A stretch of DNA of 64,000 bases. It comes from Coraliomargarita sp. GTDB lineage: Bacteria; Verrucomicrobiota; Verrucomicrobiia; Opitutales; Coraliomargaritaceae. Both the position numbers and the translations under genes were made by a program. This document shows, piece by piece, positions 10,990-21,409 of the stretch (positions are counted from its first letter, which is position 1; every line of letters begins with the position of its first letter). Below the pieces are notes generated by a model that worked only from the letters and a program-made list of their open reading frames with translations, searched no databases and was not told the origin of the DNA. The stretch is from contig PAAN01000021.1 of the NCBI GenBank assembly GCA_002699365.1, positions 6,416 to 70,415 of the forward strand, given 5' to 3'.

Positions 10990-12903
10990 ATGAGTGACTT
11001 CTTGAAGCATGAATGCGGCATTGCTATGGTCCGCCTCTTAAAACCCCTGAGCTATTATCAGGAGAAGTATGGCACTCCTATATATGGCTTCAATCAATTG
11101 TTCTTGTTAATGGAAAAGCAGCACAACCGTGGTCAAGATGGAGCGGGAATTGGTTGCGTAAAACTAAACATGCCAGCAGGGCAGTCTTATATGGCGCGTG
11201 AGCGCAGCATACAATCCAACTCATTATCACGAATTTTCCAGGAACAATTAAAAGATTATACGAATAAATTAGAGAGTGGAACTATTCACCCAGAATTTGT
11301 TTCTACCGTAAAAGAGAACTTTGCATTTGGAGGTGAAGCCCTTCTAGGGCATCTACGTTATGGAACTTCAGGGGTCTATTCGACTCAGAGCTGTCATCCG
11401 TACGTACGCCAGTCCAATTGGCCGACCAAGAGCTTAATGCTCGCAGGTAATTTTACTATTACAAACGAGAAGGAATTAAATGAATCATTGATCGATCGTG
11501 GCCAACACCCAGTCTTTGGTACAGATACTCAAGCAGTATTAGAGGGCATTGGATTCCACTTAGATGAGGCTCATGATGCCATTTATCATCGCATGCGTGA
11601 CCAAAAAGTTGAGGGTGCACAGATTCCAAAAATTATAAGTCACGAACTTGATCCTGTTAGAATTATTAAAAAAGCCGCTGCGGATTGGGATGGCGGATAT
11701 GCCATCGCTGGCTTAATCGGTAATGGAGATGCTTTTGTTATGCGCGACCCGCATGGCATACGACCATGCTTTTATTTTCAAAATGAAGAAGTAATCGCAT
11801 TTGCTTCGGAGCGCGTGGCGTTGATGACAATATTTAATCAACCCATCGAGAGCGTTTGTGAGTTACAACCAGGCACAGCAACAGTCATAAAGAGTGATGG
11901 GCGTGTCTACTGCGAGCCATTCACTGAAAAAAAGACAATCTCGCCATGTTCCTTTGAGCGCATCTACTTCTCGCGAGGTAATGATGCAGATATTTACACA
12001 GAAAGAAAAGCACTGGGTGCCGCGCTGTTAGGTCAAGTCGTCAAAAGTATCGATAATAACTTCACCAACAGTGTATTTAGCTTTGTACCAAATACAGCAG
12101 AAGTTGCCTATCATGGGCTGCTAGAGGCTGTACGTGTGCACCGGCGTAAGGAGGTTAAATTAGCTATCTTAAAAGCCCAAAAAGAGGATAATTTAGATGA
12201 GAGCTTACTCGACTCACTCATTATGGGTAATTGGCCGCGTGGTGAAAAAATAGCTCATAAGGATATCAAGCTAAGAACTTTTATTTCTCAGGAAAAAGGT
12301 CGAGCGCAGCTTGTATCTCATGTCTATGATATTACTTATGGTGTTGTACAACCTACCGACAGCCTAGTATGTATCGACGATTCAATTGTACGAGGCACTA
12401 CACTAAAAGAATCAATACTAAATATTTTAAGCCGAACCAAACCTCGTAAGATAGTCATCGCTTCTACTGCTCCTCAGATTCGCTATCCAGACTGTTATGG
12501 TATTGATATGTCCGAGTTAGGAAAATTTATCGCATTCAAAGCGACCATTGCACTTGTAAAAGAGGAAGGACAAAGTGAGCTACTCAGGGAAGTGTACGAA
12601 GACTGTATTCAACAAGTAAATAAGCCAGCATCTGAAATTAAAAATTATGTGCGAAGAATTTACGACAGATATACGGATGAAAAAATATCTGCCAAAATAG
12701 CGCAGCTCGTATATCCTAAGAAAATGGCATGGAGCGGTGACTTAGAAATTGTTTTCTTACCGGTCGATAAGATGAGAGAGGCGATTCCCAAACACAATGG
12801 TGACTGGTACTTTACTGGCAACTATCCTACTGCTGGAGGCTATGCGACTTTGAATCGTGCGTATATTAATTATTTCGAAAATAAAAGCGGTAGAGCCTAC
12901 TAA
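10990..12903 (+). CDS. purF: amidophosphoribosyltransferase (long form)
   Basis: N-terminal nucleophile context ...HECGIAMV and a PRTase motif (VCIDDSIVRGTT). I prefer the in-frame ATG at 10990 to the TTG at 10978. Confidence 0.85.
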   Translation: MSDFLKHECGIAMVRLLKPLSYYQEKYGTPIYGFNQLFLLMEKQHNRGQDGAGIGCVKLNMPAGQSYMARERSIQSNSLSRIFQEQLKDYTNKLESGTIHPEFVSTVKENFAFGGEALLGHLRYGTSGVYSTQSCHPYVRQSNWPTKSLMLAGNFTITNEKELNESLIDRGQHPVFGTDTQAVLEGIGFHLDEAHDAIYHRMRDQKVEGAQIPKIISHELDPVRIIKKAAADWDGGYAIAGLIGNGDAFVMRDPHGIRPCFYFQNEEVIAFASERVALMTIFNQPIESVCELQPGTATVIKSDGRVYCEPFTEKKTISPCSFERIYFSRGNDADIYTERKALGAALLGQVVKSIDNNFTNSVFSFVPNTAEVAYHGLLEAVRVHRRKEVKLAILKAQKEDNLDESLLDSLIMGNWPRGEKIAHKDIKLRTFISQEKGRAQLVSHVYDITYGVVQPTDSLVCIDDSIVRGTTLKESILNILSRTKPRKIVIASTAPQIRYPDCYGIDMSELGKFIAFKATIALVKEEGQSELLREVYEDCIQQVNKPASEIKNYVRRIYDRYTDEKISAKIAQLVYPKKMAWSGDLEIVFLPVDKMREAIPKHNGDWYFTGNYPTAGGYATLNRAYINYFENKSGRAY

Positions 12904-12905
12904 TT

Positions 12906-14456
12906 ATGCAAAAAACAGCACTTCTATCTGTTAGTGATAAATCCGGATTAGTACCTTTTGCAAGGGCTTTAGTGGAAACTCATGGATACCGTTTACTGTC
13001 AACTGGTGGTACTGCAAAATTGTTAGAAAAAGAGCAAATTGCAGTGACAGAAGTTAGTGAATATACTGGCTTTCCTGAGATGATGGAAGGGCGCGTAAAA
13101 TCATTACACCCTAAGATACACGGTGGCTTGCTTGCTAGGCGCGATAAGTCCGATCATATGTCTGCTGCTGCTGAGCATGGTATTGATATGATAGATTTAG
13201 TTGTCGTCAATTTATATCCATTTGAAAGTACCGTCGCAAAGCCAGATGTAAGCTTTAATACAGCAATAGAAAACATAGATATAGGCGGTCCTTCTATGTT
13301 ACGATCAGCGGCAAAAAATCATGCATCTGTTACCGTCGTAGTCGATAGCACCGATTATAACCGAGTTTTAGAGGTCATGGATCAACCTAAATTACTAGCA
13401 AAGTTAAGGCGTAAATTAGCGCTAAAAGTCTTTAAGCGAACGGCATCCTACGATGACGCCATTGCTAGCTATTTAGAGAACCAAATAGTAGAGGAACCAG
13501 ACCTAGTATCTATATCTGGCATTCCCTCCGATCTTTCCATTGATCTACCACAAGCTCAGGCACTTCGATATGGGGAAAATCCGCATCAGCATGCTGCGCT
13601 TTATGGAAGTTTCTTCGATTGCTTTGAGCAGCACCAGGGCAAGGACTTAAGTTTCAATAATATTATAGATATTTCTGCAGCTACGTACTTAATTGGTGAG
13701 TTTCAAAAGCCAACAGTTGCAATCCTTAAGCATACAAATCCATGTGGTGTGGCATCTGCAGATAATCTTGTAACTGCATGGGAACAGGCTTACGAGACTG
13801 ATAAGCAGGCCCCTTTTGGCGGTATCATAGTTGTTAATCAGACTATCGATGCCGACCTGGCGTCGATCATTAGTCAAATTTTTTGCGAGGTAATTATCGC
13901 TCCAGAATTTACACCTGCAGCTAGGGATATATTTTCAAAAAAGAAGAATCTACGTCTGATGACGACCAAAGGCTCACTGCCTAAAGAATCGATGCGTGAG
14001 GTTCGTTCTGTAGTCGGTGGAGCACTTCTACAAGATCGTGATGGCATGCCAGATCGACCAAGTGACTGGAAGGTGGTAACTTCACGCCAACCCAGCGCGG
14101 AAGAGATGCGTGCCATGACCTTTGGTTGGAGCGTCGTCAAACATGTTAAATCCAATGCTATAGTATATGCAGGTTGTGAACGTACTCTCGGAGTAGGGGC
14201 AGGGCAAATGTCACGAGTCGATAGTTCTAAGATAGCTGTTTGGAAAGCGGGCGAAGCAAATATTTCACTAACTGGCTCAGTAGTATGCTCAGATGCATTT
14301 TTCCCGTTTGCAGATGGACTGATTGCTGCAGCTGACGCAGGCGCAGTAGCTGCAATTCAACCAGGTGGCTCTATGCGCGACGATGCGGTCATTCAGGCTG
14401 CTAATGAGCGTGACATGACTATGATTTTTACTGGTAAGCGGCACTTCAAGCACTAA
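12906..14456 (+). CDS. purH: bifunctional AICAR transformylase / IMP cyclohydrolase
   Basis: 516 aa; MGS-like N-terminus (ALLSVSDKSG...STGGTAK) and an AICARFT C-terminus (...QPGGSMRD). Confidence 0.9.
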   Translation: MQKTALLSVSDKSGLVPFARALVETHGYRLLSTGGTAKLLEKEQIAVTEVSEYTGFPEMMEGRVKSLHPKIHGGLLARRDKSDHMSAAAEHGIDMIDLVVVNLYPFESTVAKPDVSFNTAIENIDIGGPSMLRSAAKNHASVTVVVDSTDYNRVLEVMDQPKLLAKLRRKLALKVFKRTASYDDAIASYLENQIVEEPDLVSISGIPSDLSIDLPQAQALRYGENPHQHAALYGSFFDCFEQHQGKDLSFNNIIDISAATYLIGEFQKPTVAILKHTNPCGVASADNLVTAWEQAYETDKQAPFGGIIVVNQTIDADLASIISQIFCEVIIAPEFTPAARDIFSKKKNLRLMTTKGSLPKESMREVRSVVGGALLQDRDGMPDRPSDWKVVTSRQPSAEEMRAMTFGWSVVKHVKSNAIVYAGCERTLGVGAGQMSRVDSSKIAVWKAGEANISLTGSVVCSDAFFPFADGLIAAADAGAVAAIQPGGSMRDDAVIQAANERDMTMIFTGKRHFKH

Positions 14457-14499
14457 TAGCGGTAGAATAGCTAATTTTTCTCTGGGAAATGCTCATTTT

Positions 14500-15315
14500 A
14501 TGAGTTATTTTATTTTGATGAGGTTGCTTAATTTCTTTGTCACTTTGTTAATCATTAGTGGTTTTCATTTAACTAGTTGTACTACGGTACCGGTCACTGG
14601 TCGCCCAGTTCTTCATTTAATTTCCTCCGAGCAGTTAGCGACAATGGCTGCCACTCAATTTGCGGAACTTAAAAAACAGTCACGCGTTTCTAATAATCCT
14701 AAATATACAGCTATGTTGGAGCGCGTCGGTGCACGCATAGCAAACGTAGTCGGTACAAGCGCTTTACACTCAACAAATGCAAATTGGGAGTTTGTTGTAT
14801 TCGAAGACCCCGATCAAATCAATGCATTTGCGATGCCAGGAGGTAAGGTTGCAGTGTATACTGGTCTCTTTGATGTCGTCCAAACAGATGCAGATCTAGC
14901 CATTGTTGTCGGGCATGAAATTGCGCATGTTGTAGCCGGCCATGGCGCTGAGCGTGTCACTCAACAACTATTAGCTGCGGGTGGTGCGCTTGCCCTTAAC
15001 TACGGAACCGATGACATGAACAGTGCGGAACGCCAGCTAATTATGATCGCCTATGGAGCCACAACAACGCTCGGCGCGTTACTTCCCTATAGCCGATTGC
15101 ACGAAACCGAAGCAGATGAAATTGGACTTATTTTTTCGGCTCGAGCTGGCTATGATCCTCGCGTCGCTGTAGATTTCTGGAAGCGCATGGATGCCGCGAA
15201 CGAGGGTAAACCACCTGAATTTTTATCGACACATCCAGCAGATGCTACGCGGCAACATCAATTAGCTCACGTAATGCCCTTGGCTCTACAAGAATACTAT
15301 AACAGTAAACTTTAA
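14500..15315 (+). CDS. M48-family zinc metallopeptidase, probable lipoprotein
   Basis: 271 aa; signal peptide with a Cys lipobox-like site (LTSCTT) and the HEIAHV zinc motif. Confidence 0.8.
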   Translation: MSYFILMRLLNFFVTLLIISGFHLTSCTTVPVTGRPVLHLISSEQLATMAATQFAELKKQSRVSNNPKYTAMLERVGARIANVVGTSALHSTNANWEFVVFEDPDQINAFAMPGGKVAVYTGLFDVVQTDADLAIVVGHEIAHVVAGHGAERVTQQLLAAGGALALNYGTDDMNSAERQLIMIAYGATTTLGALLPYSRLHETEADEIGLIFSARAGYDPRVAVDFWKRMDAANEGKPPEFLSTHPADATRQHQLAHVMPLALQEYYNSKL

Positions 15316-15325
15316 TATTATAATT

Positions 15326-17296
15326 ATGAATAAAGCTATTATTATACTAACTAGTACTTTTATTATCACTTCCTCCTTACTTTCTAGTGTAACTGCACCT
15401 AATTCACTGGAAGGCATTAGTGTTAGGATGTCCCCAACCGATCCTTACTTTAGGTCTGTACTCTTAGAAGCGGAGTTCAAAGAATCTAGCCTTAGCTATG
15501 GCTTTGCAGGTAACTTAATAGCAGAAAACCTTAGTTATAATTATATAAATAATGGCACAGACGGAACTGTAAATTTATTAGGAACAATAGAAATAGTATA
15601 TACATTTAATACAGAAACCTCGGGCACATATATAGAATATTATATAGATAATGGAATGAGGCAATATATCGAAGAAATGGGCACTTTTGAATTCGTACCA
15701 GTAAGTTTGACCGTCAACAACGATTGGAGATTATTTGATGATTTTACAGAATCATCGGATGAATACTGGTCTATTTGCAAGGAAGCGACGTCCCATACAT
15801 ACGACGGAGCGATTAACTTTGTATTCGATGACAGCGCTGAATCCTACATTGACTTAGATTATATGAGGTCTTTGCCTTCCAATGAAAATTGGCAGATAGT
15901 TGCGCATGCTATAACTAGCACCGTTACTGATGGAAGTAATGCTAATTTCTTATCAGAATTCGAAATAGAAATTGATAACTACTCGCAGCTACTGGGCTTT
16001 GAATTTGATGTTAAATTCTTTGATAATAATACACAGATAATATTATTTTATTATGACAGTATTGGCACAGAAATAACTGCATACAGTAATTTAGGCAGTA
16101 AGGTAGAAAAAATTAACTTGCGCTGCTACATCGCAACTTCAGAAAGTGCAGAAAATGAGCGTGTACTACACTTTGAATATGCCACGTATTTAGGAGGATG
16201 GAATAATGTCGCTACCTTTAATCTAGATACCGGAGCTTATTCAGGACAAAATTTAATTTCTGGCACTTTAAATAAACAGTTGGCCAGCAGTACAGATCGC
16301 TTTGCTGTTAGCTTTGAGGCAGAGACCGCTTCGGGGCTTAGTAACCCATCTAATCAAGTACAACTTTCCGTAGATAATATAGGTATAGATATACATAATA
16401 ATGATTTATATTTTATTCAGCTAGAGGCTCCTAGTGGTGGTGCAGGCGATTACTTGGATGCCTTTTCTATTGTTGGCTGTGATAGTGAAATTTCTGGTGA
16501 TGTGATTATTCCTTATTCATTCGACGGATTGCCTGTTGTGAAAATAATTTATGCCACATTTCAAAGTGCATCCAATATTACCAGCATAACTATACCAGAT
16601 TCCATAACTTATATAGGAAGTAGCGCATTTGGAAGCTGCACAGGACTTACTAGCATAACAATACCAGATAGTGTAACCACAATTGATGAATATGCATTTG
16701 CTGGATGTACAAATCTAACATCTATAAATATTCCAGCCGTTTTCACACCTCGATTGGCATTACTTGGCCTTGAAGGAGAACTACTACTAACTACCTTTTA
16801 TCAAAGTATCATTGAGTATTTATCTAATGACGAAACTTTCATAAGCGCATTGGATAGATCTGTTGTTGGGCAGCAAGGTCCTAAGGGTGATCAAGGACCT
16901 GCAGGAGAAACCGGGCCGCAAGGAATTAAAGGAGACACTGGAGCTCAGGGTTCACAGGGTCTTGCTGGACCTGTAGGTGAGCGAGGACTAACTGGCCCAA
17001 TTGGACCACAAGGGATACAAGGCTTACAAGGATCTACAGGCATACAGGGACTACAAGGGGAAGTCGGCCCTCCAGGCCTAGAGGGACCGCAAGGACCAGC
17101 TGGTTATGACTCCTCTGCTATACAGACCCTACGAGCAACACCACACATTCAAGCAGATCAGGATGGAACCTTCCAAGTCAAGTACTCCATTGAATCTTCA
17201 GATAATTTATCGGATTGGAATGAGCAAATGAGCGTCAATTCGAACTTACAAACTGGAGACTCAGGCAAACAGTTTTTACGATTACGGGTGGAGTAG
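15326..17296 (+). CDS. secreted protein with BspA-type leucine-rich repeats and a collagen-like triple-helix segment
   Basis: 656 aa with an N-terminal signal peptide, LRR units ([53 protein letters not shown]) and 27 uninterrupted G-X-Y triplets. Confidence 0.8.
   Translation: MNKAIIILTSTFIITSSLLSSVTAPNSLEGISVRMSPTDPYFRSVLLEAEFKESSLSYGFAGNLIAENLSYNYINNGTDGTVNLLGTIEIVYTFNTETSGTYIEYYIDNGMRQYIEEMGTFEFVPVSLTVNNDWRLFDDFTESSDEYWSICKEATSHTYDGAINFVFDDSAESYIDLDYMRSLPSNENWQIVAHAITSTVTDGSNANFLSEFEIEIDNYSQLLGFEFDVKFFDNNTQIILFYYDSIGTEITAYSNLGSKVEKINLRCYIATSESAENERVLHFEYATYLGGWNNVATFNLDTGAYSGQNLISGTLNKQLASSTDRFAVSFEAETASGLSNPSNQVQLSVDNIGIDIHNNDLYFIQLEAPSGGAGDYLDAFSIVGCDSEISGDVIIPYSFDGLPVVKIIYATFQSASNITSITIPDSITYIGSSAFGSCTGLTSITIPDSVTTIDEYAFAGCTNLTSINIPAVFTPRLALLGLEGELLLTTFYQSIIEYLSNDETFISALDRSVVGQQGPKGDQGPAGETGPQGIKGDTGAQGSQGLAGPVGERGLTGPIGPQGIQGLQGSTGIQGLQGEVGPPGLEGPQGPAGYDSSAIQTLRATPHIQADQDGTFQVKYSIESSDNLSDWNEQMSVNSNLQTGDSGKQFLRLRVE
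16868..17110 (+). repeat. collagen-like G-X-Y repeat tract (27 triplets) inside the CDS
   Basis: Direct translation gives [81 protein letters not shown]. Confidence 0.9.
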
Positions 17297-17345
17297 TTTG
17301 TAATTTTTTTGATTATCTTATTTATTAAGATATTAGCAAATTGTC

Positions 17346-18716
17346 ATGGATGCAGTTACTACATTAATCGAATATTTAAAATTTCCATCAGTATCGACTG
17401 ATTCAAATTATTCGGTGGGCATGCAAGGCGCTCGCAATTATATTAGTGGGCAATTAGAAGTGCTGGGGTTTTCAGTAGAAAATATAAAGACTAATTTACA
17501 CCCGATTCTACTTGCGGAGCGTCATGGAGATCCTGAGTGGCCGCATGTGGTACTGTATGGCCATTATGACGTGCAACCTGCAGATCCTTTTGAGCGATGG
17601 AGTAGCGCCCCATTTGATCCAGAAGTTCGAGATGGCCGTATCTATGCACGAGGTGCTGCCGACAATAAGGGTCCTACCATTGTGCACATGACTGCACTGC
17701 AAAGAGTGCTTAAAAAGCATCCTAATTTACCCCTCAACATTACTTACGTCATTGAGGGCGAAGAGGAGATCGGTAGCCCGAGCATGCCTAAATTTTTTGA
17801 CGATTATGCGGAACGACTCAGCCAAGCAGACTATATGTTAGTATCTGATACGGGCAGCCCAAGTAACAAACAAATTGTCATCACTACTGCTTTAAGAGGT
17901 CTCATAGATGTAGAGATTAAAGTGACTGGAGCGAAAGTAGATTTGCATTCAGGAATTCATGGCGGCGCAGTCTACAACCCGCTCCAAGCAATTAGTGAAA
18001 TTTGCGCATCACTCCACAATACAGATGGCACTGTCAATATACCTGGTTTTTATAATGGTATCGCTCCTCTAGAAGACTGGGAAAGATCTCAATTGGACCG
18101 ATACCCAGAATCCCTAGAAAGCTACAAAGAGTTGCTAGGCGTATCCTCATTTGCACCTTGCGGAAACCTAACTCCATTAGAAGCAGTGCGTTTTGGGCCA
18201 ACTTTGGAGTTCAATGGTATGGGCGGCGGATATCAAGGAGAGGGTAGCAAGACCGTCATACCAAGCGAAGCGTTCGCAAAGATCACCTGCCGCTTAGTGG
18301 ACGGCCAAGATCCCACCACCATTCAAGAAATGGTGATCGCCACAATTAAGGAACGATGCCCCAAACAGGTCGAATTAACAGTGCGCCGCGGCGCAGTCGC
18401 ACCTGCATATTTAGTTATACCACCGGACAGATCAAATACTCCTAAAAAGCAACCTCTTGCTCTGGCAAACGCCTTCCGTTGTGTTGCAACTGCAATTACT
18501 AATAACTTTGAGAAGGAGCCAATTTACCTGCGTGAAGGTGGAAGTATTCCTGTCATTGCAGACTTTAAACAACGCGCTGGTTTAGACGCCATAATGGTTG
18601 GACTGTTCACGCCAATCGACAATCTACACGCGCCCGATGAGAGCTTTGATTTAGAGCTCATGAATAAGGCCATTGCTACTTTCGAAGAGGTCTTTATTTC
18701 TATTTCTAATTTATAG
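17346..18716 (+). CDS. M20-family peptidase/dipeptidase (ArgE/DapE/CPG2-like)
   Basis: 456 aa; motifs HYDVQP, RGAADNKG and EGEEEIGS are typical of M20 metallopeptidases. Confidence 0.8.
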   Translation: MDAVTTLIEYLKFPSVSTDSNYSVGMQGARNYISGQLEVLGFSVENIKTNLHPILLAERHGDPEWPHVVLYGHYDVQPADPFERWSSAPFDPEVRDGRIYARGAADNKGPTIVHMTALQRVLKKHPNLPLNITYVIEGEEEIGSPSMPKFFDDYAERLSQADYMLVSDTGSPSNKQIVITTALRGLIDVEIKVTGAKVDLHSGIHGGAVYNPLQAISEICASLHNTDGTVNIPGFYNGIAPLEDWERSQLDRYPESLESYKELLGVSSFAPCGNLTPLEAVRFGPTLEFNGMGGGYQGEGSKTVIPSEAFAKITCRLVDGQDPTTIQEMVIATIKERCPKQVELTVRRGAVAPAYLVIPPDRSNTPKKQPLALANAFRCVATAITNNFEKEPIYLREGGSIPVIADFKQRAGLDAIMVGLFTPIDNLHAPDESFDLELMNKAIATFEEVFISISNL

Positions 18717-18805
18717 ATAGCAGTGCCCTACAGTAGAGATATAAATTCTTTACTAACTACTTGTATCATTTATAAGTAAAAATACTTTCTTATTACTACC
18801 CCTAG

Positions 18806-19528
18806 ATGAAGCATTTCAGTTATTTACTGCTTACAGTTATTCTTTCTTTTTTTAACACTTATTTAAGAGCAGATAATTTCGTATTTCACTCATCTTTAGC
18901 GATTGAATCAGTAGATGTAGCCTCTGTTCCAAGCGCTACCGCTACTGAATGGAGCCTTTTTCAAGATACGACTATTGAGTTCTATGCTGAGTTTGCACCT
19001 GGCACTCAAAGTAAGTGGTCAAATAACAGCAACGTACGATCTTATGAAGCAGTAGATACCTTAATGAGGGTAATTGGTGGAAATTACGACGGCGACCACT
19101 CATGGATGAATCAGCACATATTTGGTGAGATATTTGTCTTAGGAACTGCTGGTAACAGTTATTTAAGATTTGGGTTTTATGATATTAGTTTTAACACGGG
19201 TAGTGTATTTACCAAAATTGGAGCACCGAAGTTTACTTCCAATTCAAATCTATATACCTACGACACTATTGATGATCTAGTATCAATTTTAAAACCAACT
19301 TCAGTGATTAATCCTACTATTACGTATAATGATTATTTTTTAGCCGATTACGATACCTCGGATGAAGTTAGTTATAGTCAAGTAAACATAAGTCATTTCA
19401 GCGGTGATATTTATTCTAATACTACTATTGCTGAAATAATACCCGAACCTTCAACTTTTTCGCTAGCTCTGAGCATTGCAGCTATACTTGTAATTGCAAT
19501 GCGCAGGCATCTCAATTGTGCTGAATAG
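18806..19528 (+). CDS. PEP-CTERM sorting-domain secreted protein
   Basis: Signal peptide, then a C-terminal IPEPSTFSLALSIAAILVIAMRR (PEP motif, TM helix, basic tail). Confidence 0.8.
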   Translation: MKHFSYLLLTVILSFFNTYLRADNFVFHSSLAIESVDVASVPSATATEWSLFQDTTIEFYAEFAPGTQSKWSNNSNVRSYEAVDTLMRVIGGNYDGDHSWMNQHIFGEIFVLGTAGNSYLRFGFYDISFNTGSVFTKIGAPKFTSNSNLYTYDTIDDLVSILKPTSVINPTITYNDYFLADYDTSDEVSYSQVNISHFSGDIYSNTTIAEIIPEPSTFSLALSIAAILVIAMRRHLNCAE

Positions 19529-19570
19529 TTGAGACATCAATGTTGCAGCAGCACTTGAAGACTATTTTAC

Positions 19571-20824
19571 TTAACGAAATGGACCGCGACGACCTGGACC
19601 ACCTCTATAGGTGGCATTTTCTAGACGTTCTCTAACTTCTTCACTAAATTCGGCGGACTCTAAATATCCTGCAAATGCAGATGGGTCTTGGTCTTTCCAA
19701 TTGGCTGCAACTCTCTCCATCAGATACCCTTGCATTCTTTCGTTGGAAATAGACTCTGCCCAGCTCATCGCATTAGCAGGATCTTCTTGAGCAGCCCGAA
19801 AGGTATAACTTGCAACGGCGCGGTCTAGTTCCGGTGAAGCGGGCAGAGTATTGAGCCACTCAGCTGATGCAGATAAATCATACTGTGACCATTCTCGAAT
19901 AATGTTAGCGGTACCTCGACCAAAAGCTGGATCTTCTGCATCTAAATTAGACAGCCAGTCTGCTGCTGCGATCGGATCACTTTCTGCCCATTCACCAATT
20001 AAAGAGGTCTTCATCCACGTTGTCGCTGATTCTCCCAATGAATTTACATAGGTAGCCGCTGCAGTAGGGTCATATTGCGCCCACTCATCGACCATTTCTG
20101 CAAGCAGGCGATTTTTCGTATCACCATCCTGCATTGCCTCGACTGTTAAGCGAGCTACCTCTAGTCCGCCCTGGCGTACCTGCATCTCAATAACTTCGCT
20201 TAGAATATTATTTTTTAATCGCCTTTCTACATTGGTAGCCTCTTTCATTCCATATGCCTGCGCAAATGCCGCCGTAGGTTCGGATTGCGCATAACCGCGA
20301 AATATAGCCATTAATTTTCGATTCATGACCTGTTTCGGTATTTGATCGGAATGGGTATCTGCCCAAGAAAGTGCTGCATTTGGGTTTGTTGCGCCCCAAG
20401 CTTGCAGGATACTGTTTATAGCACGTTCTTGGTCACGAACAGATGTAATTTTAGTTGCTTCTAATAAAGCGAGCTCTGGTTGATCCGAAGCCATTCGCAC
20501 TAATAAATCTTTAATAATAGTAGCACGCCTTGGATCCGTAAACGGTAAGGCAAATGCTCCTTGCAATGATTCTTCCAATGTGACCGCTGGATAGTAAATA
20601 GCTTGGCCCTCGTCTGTATTCGAGGCTAACTCTTCTGTGTTTTCTAATTCTACAGTTCCGTGCTGGCTAGATGCATCATTTTTTTCGTCATTAGAAGACT
20701 CATTAGTTGCACTAGCAGTTATAACATTATCTACAGCAAATTGCAGTCCTCTGCCAATAGCGAAGGCTGCAAGTACAGTTGCTGACCAAACGATTACTAA
20801 TATAAAGTGCGTTGGAAGTTTCAT
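19571..20824 (-). CDS. membrane-anchored helical-repeat protein, function unknown
   Basis: 417 aa; N-terminal TM helix and about seven degenerate repeats of the form W/A-x-x-x-D/N-P-x-A-A-x-x-W/Y. Confidence 0.6.
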   Translation of the reverse strand: MKLPTHFILVIVWSATVLAAFAIGRGLQFAVDNVITASATNESSNDEKNDASSQHGTVELENTEELASNTDEGQAIYYPAVTLEESLQGAFALPFTDPRRATIIKDLLVRMASDQPELALLEATKITSVRDQERAINSILQAWGATNPNAALSWADTHSDQIPKQVMNRKLMAIFRGYAQSEPTAAFAQAYGMKEATNVERRLKNNILSEVIEMQVRQGGLEVARLTVEAMQDGDTKNRLLAEMVDEWAQYDPTAAATYVNSLGESATTWMKTSLIGEWAESDPIAAADWLSNLDAEDPAFGRGTANIIREWSQYDLSASAEWLNTLPASPELDRAVASYTFRAAQEDPANAMSWAESISNERMQGYLMERVAANWKDQDPSAFAGYLESAEFSEEVRERLENATYRGGPGRRGPFR

Positions 20825-20860
20825 GTGATAGCTAATTTATTATAGAACACTTTTTAGTTA

Positions 20861-21409
20861 CTAATTAGTCGTTATCCAAACTAAATTTTTTTCACTTATT
20901 TGCTTAAATAAATCAATGATATCAACATTTTTCATCTCTATGCACCCACCGCTAAATGGCCTACCTATACGTGCTTCGTGATTTGTACCGTGTATGTATA
21001 TGTAACGATTATAGGTATCGCATCCATCGCCTACATTAACTCCGCGTTCCAAGCCACGTAAACGAATGATGCGACTAGTAATCAGATTACTTTCCTGCTG
21101 TTGTGTTGTTAATTTTGTGAAGTGCTGGGTGGGCACTCGTCCTTTAAAAACCATACCACTTGGTTGCTCTGAACCGATCATAGTAGCAATTGTATGTAAT
21201 CCAGTCGGCGTACCATAGGAATTAGCGACGCAGCTACTAGGTTTTTTCGAAGTAGAAACTGTATATTCTTGTGCAAGTTTTCCATCAATAAGGTAAAAGA
21301 GTCGTTGCGATTTGATCGAAACGATTAGTAGTTGAGCAGTCGGCGAGATTGACAATACCATGCAGCTTTGTTTTACACGCTCGTATTCCACTTTCAAATT
21401 AAATGGCAT
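20861..21409 (-). CDS. L,D-transpeptidase (YkuD) family protein
   Basis: 182 aa; catalytic motif IHGT...GRPFSGGCIEM. Confidence 0.8.
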   Translation of the reverse strand: MPFNLKVEYERVKQSCMVLSISPTAQLLIVSIKSQRLFYLIDGKLAQEYTVSTSKKPSSCVANSYGTPTGLHTIATMIGSEQPSGMVFKGRVPTQHFTKLTTQQQESNLITSRIIRLRGLERGVNVGDGCDTYNRYIYIHGTNHEARIGRPFSGGCIEMKNVDIIDLFKQISEKNLVWITTN

